Of a DNA stretch of 34,429 nt, positions 23,681 through 32,260 are shown in pieces; position 1 is the first letter of the stretch; each line of letters begins with the position of its first letter. The DNA comes from Pyrinomonadaceae bacterium. GTDB lineage: Bacteria; Acidobacteriota; Blastocatellia; Pyrinomonadales; Pyrinomonadaceae. The notes below the pieces were generated by a model that saw only the letters and a list, made by a program, of their open reading frames with translations, did not search any database and had not been told where the DNA came from. The position numbers and the translations under genes are program-made. The stretch covers positions 1 to 34,429 of the forward strand of contig DATHJK010000261.1 in the NCBI GenBank assembly GCA_035316225.1. Reading direction: 5' to 3'.

Positions 23681-24307
23681 ATGACGGATTCGTCCACAAT
23701 AGAGCGCGATGAGGAGTTGCTGCGGCGCAGTATGGCCGGAGACGAGGCGGCGTTCGTCTCGCTTTATCGTCGCTGGCAGGGCCGAATCTACCGCTTCGCT
23801 CTTCAAATGAGCGGGTCTGAAGCGACCGCAGAGGACGTGACGCAAGAGGTCTTCATAGTATTGATGCGCGAGGGGCATCGCTTCGACCCCAATCGTGGGA
23901 CTGTACAGGCTTATCTCTACGGAATAGCGCGCAATCACGTGCTGCGACGATTTCAACGCGACCGCGTGTTTGTGCCCATTGGATTTGAAACCGAGAATGA
24001 AGAAGCGAGTGCTGGCAGGCATTTTGTTGCTGATGACGATCCGCTCGGTGATTTGACAAGAACTGAGACGATTGAATCTGTGCGGCAGGCCGTGTTGAGT
24101 CTTCCGGCTCATTACAGGGAAGTCGTCGTGCTGTGCGAACTGCACGAGATGAGTTATGCAGAGGCTGCAACCATACTCAACTGCGCCGTCGGCACCATTC
24201 GCTCGCGGCTGCACAGGGCGCGAGCAATGTTGATTGAGAGGCTGCGCGATCAACATGAGAGCGGGTCGCCAGCGCAGCCCCTGACTCAAGTGAGGTGTTT
24301 CGCGTGA
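23681..24307 (+). CDS. RNA polymerase sigma-70 factor, ECF subfamily
   Basis: Region 2 (FVSLYRRWQGRIYRFALQMSGSEATAEDVTQEVFIVL) and region 4 (EMSYAEAATILNCAVGTIRSRLHRAR). ATG 23681 chosen over the TTG at 23606. Confidence 0.9.
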   Translation: MTDSSTIERDEELLRRSMAGDEAAFVSLYRRWQGRIYRFALQMSGSEATAEDVTQEVFIVLMREGHRFDPNRGTVQAYLYGIARNHVLRRFQRDRVFVPIGFETENEEASAGRHFVADDDPLGDLTRTETIESVRQAVLSLPAHYREVVVLCELHEMSYAEAATILNCAVGTIRSRLHRARAMLIERLRDQHESGSPAQPLTQVRCFA

Positions 24308-25125
24308 ACTGCAAAGATTTTGAATCAGTTGTTAACGATCTGGCGCGTGCGTCTGTGATGGATGCCTCCGCTCGGCAGGAAGCAGCAGAGCACGCCGAGA
24401 GTTGTCAGCGATGCGCCGCTTGTCTTCAAGATGAGCGCACATTGACTTACGGGCTTCGTGCGCTGGGCGCGAGCTTCTCTGAACTCAACGCTCCTGCAAG
24501 CACTGAAGAGGCTCTGCTCTCGGCTTTTCATAATCAGAAGACTGCGAATCACGCTGCCGTTAATCATCCTCCCCACAGTCGCTGGAATAAAACGCGCTGG
24601 TTCGTCGGCGCAGCCGCCGCAGCCGCAGCTTTCCTGCTGATGATGACGAGCGTGCTGCCGCTCATCCAACGCGCAAACGAACAACAGAAGGCCGAGCGAG
24701 CCAGCATCGCAGAGGCTTCTACAGCAGAACCCGACAGAATGCAGAACGCTCCTGTAGTGGATACATCATCTGCTCTTGCGGTCGAGCCTGAATCCATTCG
24801 CAGTCCTCTGGTGCATGATGCGTCCGGCGTGACACCTCGCATGCGGCGCAACCCGCGCATATGGCCGACTAATATTAGCGACCGCGCGAATCCGGGCAGC
24901 GCTTCCGTCGAGGAGCAGGAGTTTACTACGGATTTCATACCGCTCAATTACGAAGCAGCGATTGCTCCGCTCGATAGAGGGAGAGTCGTGCGCGTGGAAC
25001 TGCCGCGTTCTGCATTGGCCGCTTTCGGTCTGCCGGTGAATATGGACAGAGCCAACGAGCGCGTGAAAGCAGACGTGGTTCTGGGCGAAGACGGACTGGC
25101 GCGAGCAATTCGTTTTGTTCGTTGA
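24295..25125 (+). CDS. Anti-sigma factor (zf-HC2 type), single-pass membrane protein
   Basis: HxxxCxxC motif (HAESCQRCAAC) at the N-terminus and a TM (WFVGAAAAAAAFLLMMTSVLPLI). It overlaps the sigma gene stop. An alternative GTG start lies at 24304. Confidence 0.8.
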   Translation: MFRVNCKDFESVVNDLARASVMDASARQEAAEHAESCQRCAACLQDERTLTYGLRALGASFSELNAPASTEEALLSAFHNQKTANHAAVNHPPHSRWNKTRWFVGAAAAAAAFLLMMTSVLPLIQRANEQQKAERASIAEASTAEPDRMQNAPVVDTSSALAVEPESIRSPLVHDASGVTPRMRRNPRIWPTNISDRANPGSASVEEQEFTTDFIPLNYEAAIAPLDRGRVVRVELPRSALAAFGLPVNMDRANERVKADVVLGEDGLARAIRFVR

Positions 25126-25193
25126 GCCATCAACAGGCAAGAGTGTAAACGAACATTCATTCAGCAATTATTTTGTCGAAGGAGACTATAGAA

Positions 25194-26258
25194 ATGCGAA
25201 TTCAAAAGTATCTGTTCCTGAGCTTAAGCCTTGCGCTCACGCTTCTTGCGTGCTCGGTTGTAGCTTCCGCGCAGGAAACACCGCACCCGCAACAGCAGCG
25301 CCGTCCAGCGCCGGAAGTTATCATCGAGCGCAGCGACGTTATGATTGGCGCGCCCGGTCAGACTGTTCCCGTTCCACCTCCGCCGGGTCAACCCGGAGAC
25401 CAACTCCCTTTCCGCATTCTATCTTCCGAGATGCTCTTCGATAACCGTGTGGTCAGAGGCGCGCCTTACTCTGCCGATGCTGTGACAGAGACAGTGCAAA
25501 CGCTGGGCGACGGCAATCGCATAGTGCGCAAGAACACCGCCAAAGTTTACAGGGACAGCGACGGGCGCACGCGCTACGAGCAGACGCTTGGCACCATTGG
25601 CGCGTTCGCAGTCGCGGGCGACCCGCCGCAGTCAATCTTCATAAATGATCCCGTTACAGGAACCGGCTACGTGCTGGATTCGCGCTCGCACACGGCGCAC
25701 AAAATGATGCTCCGTTTCAACTTCAGATTCGATAGAACGCCGGGCGCGCAGGGCGGAAACAATAACGCTCCTACGCCCGAAGCTGTCCCGCAGGGCATGA
25801 CTGTTTTTGAAACCGCCGCTCCTGCGCCGGGCACATCAGTTGCCATCGCGCCGAGGGCGGGCGTCGCCATTAGCAGTAGCAACGGGGGCGCAGTCACATA
25901 TTCGCGCACGACGAATGAGCAGTCCGACCGGGTTAAGACAGAGCAACTGGGCAGGCAGACGATTGAAGGCGTAGAAGCGGAAGGAACGCGCACGACCTAC
26001 ACTATCCCGGCGGGCGAGATTGGCAACGAGCGCGACATACAGATCGTTTCGGAGCGCTGGTATTCGCCAGACTTGCAAACAGTGGTGATGAGCAGGCGCA
26101 GCGATCCTATGGCTGGCGAGACAACTTATCGTCTGACCAACATCAACCGCAGCGAACCGGCGCGCACGCTTTTCGAGGTTCCGTCCGATTACACCCTGCA
26201 CGAAGGCCCGTCGCCCGCGCCCAACGTCCAGATGCGCACCAGAAGACCCAATCAGTAA
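25194..26258 (+). CDS. Secreted hypothetical protein (354 aa) in the ECF operon
   Basis: AAGGAG SD lies 9 nt upstream. Signal peptide MRIQKYLFLSLSLALTLLACSVVASA. Pro/Gln-rich linker, then a beta-rich region. No family named. Confidence 0.7.
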   Translation: MRIQKYLFLSLSLALTLLACSVVASAQETPHPQQQRRPAPEVIIERSDVMIGAPGQTVPVPPPPGQPGDQLPFRILSSEMLFDNRVVRGAPYSADAVTETVQTLGDGNRIVRKNTAKVYRDSDGRTRYEQTLGTIGAFAVAGDPPQSIFINDPVTGTGYVLDSRSHTAHKMMLRFNFRFDRTPGAQGGNNNAPTPEAVPQGMTVFETAAPAPGTSVAIAPRAGVAISSSNGGAVTYSRTTNEQSDRVKTEQLGRQTIEGVEAEGTRTTYTIPAGEIGNERDIQIVSERWYSPDLQTVVMSRRSDPMAGETTYRLTNINRSEPARTLFEVPSDYTLHEGPSPAPNVQMRTRRPNQ

Positions 26259-26318
26259 GAGGCCGCAATCTTCTCATGCTCCGGCAAATAATGGTTCTCT
26301 GAAGTGAAGGAGATAAGA

Positions 26319-27245
26319 ATGACCAGAGGTTTGCTCTCACTGCTCTTGTGCTGTGCGCTGGGGTTGGCAATGATCTTCAACGTAGGCAAGCGCGCGGCTG
26401 CGGCGGCCAGGCCGAACACAACGGTCGCGGAAGTCCCTCTGAAATTCAACGGGCCTGTGCCTCTGGTTGAAGTGATGGTTAACGGGAAGGGGCCTTTTCA
26501 GTTCACGATTGACACGGGCGGGCAGGGGCAGGCGCGTGTTGATTCCTCTTTAGTTGAAAGTCTGGGACTCCCAAAGGCCGGGCAGGTCACGGCCTCGGAC
26601 GGCATGGGACGCAACACCAGAACTTTAGATACTGTGAAGATTGAATCGTTAAAGCTGGGCGACGCGCAGTTCAAGAACGTTGTGGCCGTGACGCGCAACT
26701 ACAACGAGAACCCGCGCATGCCGCACATTGATGGCATTCTAGGCTTCGGCCTTTTCGCGGATTACCTGCTGACGCTTGACTATCCAGCGGGGCGCGTGCG
26801 CATAGAGCGTGGCGAGTTGCCGCAAGCAGATGGCGCGGAGATTCTGAGCTATGAGGAAACTCACGGCACACCGTCCGTCGAACTCGCTTTCGGAGACGTG
26901 AAGGTGAGCGCGCACGTGGATACAGGCAACATGATGGGAGCAATCATGCTGCCCTCTTCCGTTATCAGCAAATTGACTTTAGCCTCCGAGCCTCGCGTCG
27001 TTGGCCGCGTGCGCACTGTGACCAGCACGGTCGAGATAAGCGAGGCTTCTGTGAAAACAAGCATGCGCCTCGGACGCTACGAGTTCGCGCAACCAACCGT
27101 TGCGTTCGCGGAAATCTTCAACGACGCGAACCTGGGTCTCAGACTGCTCAAAAATTTCGCGCTCACCTTCGACCAGAAGAACCACCGCGTTAGATTCGTC
27201 AAGCAGGCGGGCTGGGGTGTCACGGGCGGATTAACGTCAAATTAG
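26319..27245 (+). CDS. Secreted tandem retropepsin-like aspartic protease
   Basis: AAGGAG SD and a signal peptide (MTRGLLSLLLCCALGLAMIF). Two D-T-G motifs: FTIDTGGQG and HVDTGNMMG. Confidence 0.7.
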   Translation: MTRGLLSLLLCCALGLAMIFNVGKRAAAAARPNTTVAEVPLKFNGPVPLVEVMVNGKGPFQFTIDTGGQGQARVDSSLVESLGLPKAGQVTASDGMGRNTRTLDTVKIESLKLGDAQFKNVVAVTRNYNENPRMPHIDGILGFGLFADYLLTLDYPAGRVRIERGELPQADGAEILSYEETHGTPSVELAFGDVKVSAHVDTGNMMGAIMLPSSVISKLTLASEPRVVGRVRTVTSTVEISEASVKTSMRLGRYEFAQPTVAFAEIFNDANLGLRLLKNFALTFDQKNHRVRFVKQAGWGVTGGLTSN

Positions 27246-27314
27246 AGCGAATTTCAGTTGAGTGCATGGAACGCTGCATTCACCATCGAAGACACAAAGC
27301 ACACAGAGATTACA

Positions 27315-27363
27315 CCGAAGAAGTTTAAAGCATTTGAGATTTCAGATTTGAAATCTTCTTCGG
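27315..27363 (+). terminator. Bulged hairpin 3' of the ECF operon (terminator candidate)
   Basis: The right arm TGAAATCTTCTTCGG (27349-27363) pairs with CCGAAGA (27315-27321) and AGATTTCA (27337-27344). The arms contain GATTTCA/GATTTGA units. Confidence 0.35.
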
Positions 27364-27446
27364 CTTCCTTCGCGTACTTTTTGTATGCGGTGATGAAATA
27401 ATCCCTACACTCAATCGAGCTTTGCTCTAATTCCGGCAAGAAATTG

Positions 27447-27480
27447 GAAAGGGGCTGCTCATATCGAACAGCCCCCTTTC
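27447..27480. terminator. Bidirectional intrinsic terminator between convergent genes
   Basis: GAAAGGGGCTG-loop-CAGCCCCCTTTC. A T-rich run follows on the plus strand (TGTTTTCACTTT), and CAATTTCTT follows on the minus strand, 22 nt after the M13 peptidase stop. Confidence 0.65.
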
Positions 27481-27501
27481 TGTTTTCACTTTCCTGTTTC
27501 C

Positions 27502-29538
27502 TTACCAAATCTGGCATCGGTCTGCTTCCGCTCTGACCATCGCATCACTGGCCTTGCAGCTAAAAGCCTGCCCGAATGCAGGGAAGTTGGCTAGCGGGCC
27601 GTTGACGCGAAACTTCGGCAACGGATGCGGGTCAACGTTCGCCAGCAGCCGCGCATACTCTGGCCTGATATTCGTAGCCCAACTCTGCGCGTAGCCCAAA
27701 AAGAAGCGCTGCTCAGGCGTGAAGCCGTCAATCACAGTATGCGGCTTGCCCTCCATGGATTTCTGGAAAGCCGCATAGGCTATGACTAATCCGCCGAGGT
27801 CTGCGATTGATTCGCCAGCCACTAGCTGGCCGTTCTCATGCAGGTCGCCTTCTACGACGAAAGCATCGAACTGCTTGATGATGCACGCGGCTCGCTGGTC
27901 GAATGCCTTGCGATCATCCGCAGTCCACCAATCCGAGAGATTGCCTCTGGCGTCAAACTGTCGGCCTTCGTCGTCGAACCCGTGCGTCATCTCGTGGCCT
28001 ATGACCGCGCCCATCGCGCCGTAGTTGTAGGCGTCGTCTGCCTGCGGGTCGAAGTACGGAGGTTGCAGAATTCCGGCAGGAAAGACTATCTCGTTTATCT
28101 GCGGATTGTAGTAGGCGTTAACGGTTGGAGGCGTCATGCCCCATTCGGCTCTGTCAACGGGCTTGCCTATCTTGTTCACGTCGCGCGTGTTCTCAAACCG
28201 GTTGGCGCGCAGGCGATTCATGATGTAAGAGCTGCGGTCAATCTGTAGCGAAGAGTAGTCGCGCCACCTGTCAGGGTATCCGATCTTCTGAATGAAAGCG
28301 TTCAGCTTGATGATCGCCTGCTGGCGCGTGGCCGGACTCATCCACGAGAGCGTTTGCAGGTCGCTGCGCAGCGCCTCTATCAGATTGTGAACCATGTCTA
28401 GAGCGCGCTTCTTCGCCTCTGGCGGGAAAGCTCTCTGCACGTAGAGTTGGCCGAGCGCTTCGCCCAACGCGCGGTCTGTGCTGGTCACGCATCGCTTCCA
28501 GCGCGGAAGAATTTCCGTAGTCCCGCGCAGCTTCTTGCTATAAAAATTGAAATCCTCGTTGACGAATGGCGTGGAGAGCGCAGGAGCAGCAGCGTTTATC
28601 AAGTTCCAGCGCAAGTAGGTCTTCCAATCGCTAAGGGGCACGCCGCTCACCTGCTCGTTCAGGCGCTGGAAGAATTTCGACGGCACGACGTTGATGTCGC
28701 CCGGACGATTAAGCCCAATGCCTTTAAGATAGTTGGGCCAGTCGATGCTTGGAGCAAGCGCCTTCAACTGCGCCATCGTTATCTTGTTGTTGAGATTGTT
28801 CGGGTCGCGCAATTCAACGCGAGTGAGCGAGGCGTCCGCCAGTTTTGTCTCGAAGTCCAGAATGGTCTGCGCTTCTGCGGCTGCCGTCGCGGGCGCGTCA
28901 CCCATTAGCTCTAACATCTTTGCGACGTGCTGTACGTAAGCCTCACGAATCTCTTTCGACTTCGCGTCCTGTTTGAAATAGTAGTCACGATCCGGCATCC
29001 CCAGTCCGCCTTGAAAGAGGCCGCTGATGACCTGATCGCTGTTCTTAAAGTCCTGTGTCGAGCTGAAAGCGAAGGCGGCGTTGATGCCCTCGGCGTGAAG
29101 ATGCGCTATCTCCTGCTGAAGGTCGCGCACATTATTAATCTTTGCTATGAGCGCAAGCTCAGGCTCAAGCGGTTTCAATCCTTCCGCTTCAATCCTCTGC
29201 TCGTCCATGCAACTCTGGTAAAAGTCGCCTACCTTCTGTTCGTTGCTGCCTCTGGGCGCGTTTGTGTTTTTGGCCGCAGCCTCCAATATCTGGCGCAAGG
29301 TTTCGCGGTTCCTCTCCGAGAGCAAGTTGTCCACGCCCCACGCCGGATAAGCTCCGGGTATCGGATTGCTATTCAACCAGCCGCCATTGGCGTACTGGTA
29401 AAAGTCTGTGCAGGCCTGTGTGCCCGCATCCATGTTCGAGCGGTCGTAGCCGTGAATGGCTGTCTGACCTAAAATCGTTGACACACCGAACGAGACGGCG
29501 AGTGCCAGCGCTATGAAAGATTTCAGTATCTGACTCAT
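27502..29538 (-). CDS. M13-family zinc metallopeptidase (neprilysin/PepO-like), secreted
   Basis: HEMTHGFD (HExxH) and ESIADLGG (ExxxD). Signal peptide MSQILKSFIALALAVSFGVSTILG. GGAG SD lies before ATG 29538. Confidence 0.9.
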   Translation of the reverse strand: MSQILKSFIALALAVSFGVSTILGQTAIHGYDRSNMDAGTQACTDFYQYANGGWLNSNPIPGAYPAWGVDNLLSERNRETLRQILEAAAKNTNAPRGSNEQKVGDFYQSCMDEQRIEAEGLKPLEPELALIAKINNVRDLQQEIAHLHAEGINAAFAFSSTQDFKNSDQVISGLFQGGLGMPDRDYYFKQDAKSKEIREAYVQHVAKMLELMGDAPATAAAEAQTILDFETKLADASLTRVELRDPNNLNNKITMAQLKALAPSIDWPNYLKGIGLNRPGDINVVPSKFFQRLNEQVSGVPLSDWKTYLRWNLINAAAPALSTPFVNEDFNFYSKKLRGTTEILPRWKRCVTSTDRALGEALGQLYVQRAFPPEAKKRALDMVHNLIEALRSDLQTLSWMSPATRQQAIIKLNAFIQKIGYPDRWRDYSSLQIDRSSYIMNRLRANRFENTRDVNKIGKPVDRAEWGMTPPTVNAYYNPQINEIVFPAGILQPPYFDPQADDAYNYGAMGAVIGHEMTHGFDDEGRQFDARGNLSDWWTADDRKAFDQRAACIIKQFDAFVVEGDLHENGQLVAGESIADLGGLVIAYAAFQKSMEGKPHTVIDGFTPEQRFFLGYAQSWATNIRPEYARLLANVDPHPLPKFRVNGPLANFPAFGQAFSCKASDAMVRAEADRCQIW

Positions 29539-29790
29539 GTGCTTCTCCAAAGGGTTGAAAATTGAGAGAAAGAATTTCTTAGCTCAAGCGAAAGCCACGA
29601 AATTCTTTGAAGAGAGGGGCAGAGTTTCGTGCAGCAATCGCTTTTACGAGACAATAGAGAAATTAGTTTCTCTTCTACTGAAAAAGGTTGGCCTGAAGTC
29701 CAGAGCAGCCGGGGCTTTCGGTGAGATCATCGCTAATCTACTTTCCAGCCTTTTATCGTCCAAATTTTCGGATGTCTCTAGCCGCGACCG

Positions 29791-30216
29791 TTAATCTTTC
29801 ATCTCGGAAATCACAATCTCTGACGTGAGCATTTTATGCACTGGGCATTTGTGCGCTATCTCTTGAAGACGAGCGCGCTGCTCATCGGTTAAATCTCCTT
29901 CGACCGTCACATGACGCTCTATGCGATGCGCGAATCCCTCCATGCTTCGCTCGCATTCAACACAATCTTTAGCGTGAACTCGTTGGATGCGCAAATGAAC
30001 TTGAACGCGCTCAAGCGGCCACCCCTTGCGCCTTGCGTAAAGCGTCACGGTCATAGAGATGCAGCCGCCAAGCGCCGAGAGCAAAAGAGTGTAGGGGTCT
30101 GGGCCTGTGCCGTCGCCGCCTGCGCCTGCGGGTTCGTCAATCAATAGAGTTTGATTGTCACCATATAGGACTTCATTCTGTAACTTTCTGAGTGATGTGA
30201 CAACGACTTCGCTCAT
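29791..30216 (-). CDS. OsmC/Ohr-family protein
   Basis: 141 aa from ATG 30216 (GAGGAG SD). Two conserved Cys contexts (LGGCISMT and AHKCPVH). The ORF-track N-terminal extension lacks an SD. Confidence 0.8.
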   Translation of the reverse strand: MSEVVVTSLRKLQNEVLYGDNQTLLIDEPAGAGGDGTGPDPYTLLLSALGGCISMTVTLYARRKGWPLERVQVHLRIQRVHAKDCVECERSMEGFAHRIERHVTVEGDLTDEQRARLQEIAHKCPVHKMLTSEIVISEMKD

Positions 30217-30258
30217 CAGTTCGGTCTCCTCAGATTGAAAATTTTTGAGAGCGCCCGG

Positions 30259-30292
30259 CTTAACTCTGCCGAACTTAACGCTTATGCTTAAC
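30259..30292. promoter_or_regulatory. Three direct CTTAAC(G) repeats in the OsmC/sucC divergent region (candidate operator)
   Basis: CTTAAC at 30259, 30274 and 30287 (spacing 15 and 13 nt), 43-76 nt upstream of the OsmC start. Confidence 0.3.
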
Positions 30293-30411
30293 GCCTTAGC
30301 AATAAGTAGCTGGCAACTTGCCGTCGCGGGGGGCATGCGGCTACACTTCGGAACAAAGATTTCCAGTCAGATGTTTAGCACGGAAAACCCATCATTGACA
30401 GGGGACTCAGG

Positions 30412-31575
30412 ATGAAGATTCACGAATATCAGGGCAAGGAGCTTCTGAAAAAATACGGCGTGGCGGTTCCGCGCGGGATTGTTGCTCGTTCGCCTGAAGA
30501 GGCTTATCACGCGGCGAAGGAATTGGGCACAGACATTGTTGTCGTCAAAGCGCAGATACATGCGGGCGGGCGAGGGCTTGGCGGCGGCGTGAAACTGGCG
30601 AAGAGCGCAGACGAAGCGCAGGAGATTGCCCGAAAAATGCTGGGCATGAAACTTGTCACGCACCAGACGGGGCCGGAGGGCAGGGAAGTGCGCGTGCTTC
30701 TAATAGAAGAGGGCTTGCCGATTGATAAAGAATTTTACCTGGGGATAGTGCTGGATAGAGCGAGCGGTCGTCCTGTCTTCATGGCCTCATCAGAGGGCGG
30801 CATGGACATTGAAAAGGTCGCAGAGCATTCGCCCGAAAAGATTCTTAGAGAAACGGTTGACCCTGCGGTTGGCTTCAGGTCATTTCAGGCCAGAAAGCTC
30901 GCGTTCGGTCTGGGCTTGCCCTCGGATTTAATCAATCAGGCGGCAAAGTTCATGCAGGCTCTTTACAAAGCTTACGAGGAGATGGATGCGTCGCTCGTAG
31001 AGATCAATCCGTTCCTGCTGACGAAGGACAAGCGACTCATAGCGCTCGATGCTAAGGTGACTTTCGACGACAACGCCATGTATCGTCATCCTGATTTCGC
31101 AGCCTTGCGAGACCTGAACGAAGAAGAGCCGCTTGAGATCGAAGCGTCGAAATTCGACCTGAACTACATCAAGTTGGACGGCAACATCGCGTGCATGGTG
31201 AACGGCGCGGGGCTGGCTATGGCTACGATGGACATCATCAAGATTGCCGGGGGCGAGCCTGCAAACTTTCTGGACGTTGGCGGCGGCGCATCACAGGAGC
31301 GCGTCGAAGCTGCTTTCAAGATTCTGCTCGCAGACGAGAACGTGCGCGCCGTGCTCATAAACATCTTCGGCGGCATCGTGCGATGCGACATGGTTGCGCG
31401 CGGCGTCGTGGGAGCGGCGCAGAACCTCGGCGTCAATGTTCCTGTTGTGGTCAGGCTTGAAGGAACGAACGTCGAAGAAGGCCAGCGCGTCATTCGTGAT
31501 TCGGGGATGAATTTCACGGTGGCAAAAGGCATGAAGGACGCTGCCGAGAAGGTGGTCGCGCTTGCCGGACAGTAA
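30412..31575 (+). CDS. sucC: Succinate--CoA ligase (ADP-forming) beta subunit
   Basis: N-terminus [22 protein letters not shown], an ATP-grasp region, GGGA...NIFGGI motifs, 387 aa. Confidence 0.92.
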   Translation: MKIHEYQGKELLKKYGVAVPRGIVARSPEEAYHAAKELGTDIVVVKAQIHAGGRGLGGGVKLAKSADEAQEIARKMLGMKLVTHQTGPEGREVRVLLIEEGLPIDKEFYLGIVLDRASGRPVFMASSEGGMDIEKVAEHSPEKILRETVDPAVGFRSFQARKLAFGLGLPSDLINQAAKFMQALYKAYEEMDASLVEINPFLLTKDKRLIALDAKVTFDDNAMYRHPDFAALRDLNEEEPLEIEASKFDLNYIKLDGNIACMVNGAGLAMATMDIIKIAGGEPANFLDVGGGASQERVEAAFKILLADENVRAVLINIFGGIVRCDMVARGVVGAAQNLGVNVPVVVRLEGTNVEEGQRVIRDSGMNFTVAKGMKDAAEKVVALAGQ

Positions 31576-31592
31576 ATGAATTTCATTCAAAG

Positions 31593-31675
31593 GCGCAAAG
31601 AGATTGAATGAGTCTTCAAGGAAATATGAGAGCGCAGTATATTTTGTGCTCTCTCTTTGCGTCTTTGCGTGAGTC
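31593..31675. repeat. CGCAAAG-type repeat element (relative of 15567-15663)
   Basis: CGCAAAGAGA (31594-31603) pairs with TCTCTTTGCG (31652-31661). The reverse complement of 31657-31674 (TCACGCAAAGACGCAAAG) is identical to 15567-15584. Confidence 0.75.
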
Positions 31676-31684
31676 ATCCTATAG

Positions 31685-32203
31685 ATGAAACCAACTAGAA
31701 CAACAATTCTCAGATGGCTTGTGCTGCTATCACGCTTCGGGCTGGCCGCGCTCTTCCTTTTCGCTGTCGCGGCGAAGCTCTACTTCATCAACGACCGCGA
31801 GCACAGTTTCTTGAAGATGATGCCGAACCTTGTGGGCGAGCGTTGGGCGTTGCCAGTAGTGGTCGCCGTGTTCATAGCAGAAAGCGCAGCCGTCGTATTG
31901 CTGCTTTTGCCGCGCACGGTTCGCATAGGAGCAGTGTGGGCTGCCGCGTTGCTCATAGGTTTCGCGGCCTATGCGCTTTATTATCGCTATGGACTGGGGA
32001 ATGCAGAGGGGCTTGAATGCGGCTGCTTCGGCGGAATCATAGCAAGTCAACTCGGAGTGACAACTGCTCTGCGCAATCTCCTGCTTCTGATTCCCTGCGC
32101 TCTGGTCTTCTTCGGCCAGCCATACTTTCGTCAAAAAATTCAAGCGACAAGTGAGATGGAACAAGCCTCCGAGTCAGTACCGCCTGCGGTAGCGGGCGGG
32201 TAA
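31685..32203 (+). CDS. MauE/DoxX-like membrane protein
   Basis: Four hydrophobic segments and the CGCFG motif (LECGCFGGIIAS). The last ~10 codons and the stop lie within a repeat element. Confidence 0.65.
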   Translation: MKPTRTTILRWLVLLSRFGLAALFLFAVAAKLYFINDREHSFLKMMPNLVGERWALPVVVAVFIAESAAVVLLLLPRTVRIGAVWAAALLIGFAAYALYYRYGLGNAEGLECGCFGGIIASQLGVTTALRNLLLLIPCALVFFGQPYFRQKIQATSEMEQASESVPPAVAGG

Positions 32204-32254
32204 TCAACTTGGCCCAACGATGACCCCCCCGCGCTACCGCACACCACCACTCAC
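32173..32254. repeat. GTCAGTACCGCC-terminus element (copy 2, right end degenerate)
   Basis: GTCAGTACCGCCTGCGGTAGCGGGCGGGTAATC (32173-32205) matches the reverse complement of copy 1. The right end CCCGCGCTACCGCACACCACCACTCAC is a decayed inverted copy. Confidence 0.7.
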
Positions 32255-32260
32255 TTGGTC

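Noticed and set aside
23519-24289. 256-aa minus-strand ORF.
   Set aside because: It is entirely antisense to a well-supported ECF sigma factor gene. It has no motifs and is a typical shadow ORF in GC-rich DNA.
27254-27517. 87-aa minus-strand ORF between the protease and the M13 peptidase.
   Set aside because: It spans the bidirectional terminator (27447-27480) and overlaps the M13 gene stop. The region is AT-rich non-coding sequence with hairpins.
31576-31611. The 11-codon ORF after sucC as a truncated sucD pseudogene.
   Set aside because: The peptide MNFIQRRKEIE has no similarity to the SucD N-terminus (M-x-I-L-[IV]-x-K-x-T). Only the TAAATG junction is suggestive, so no pseudogene is called.
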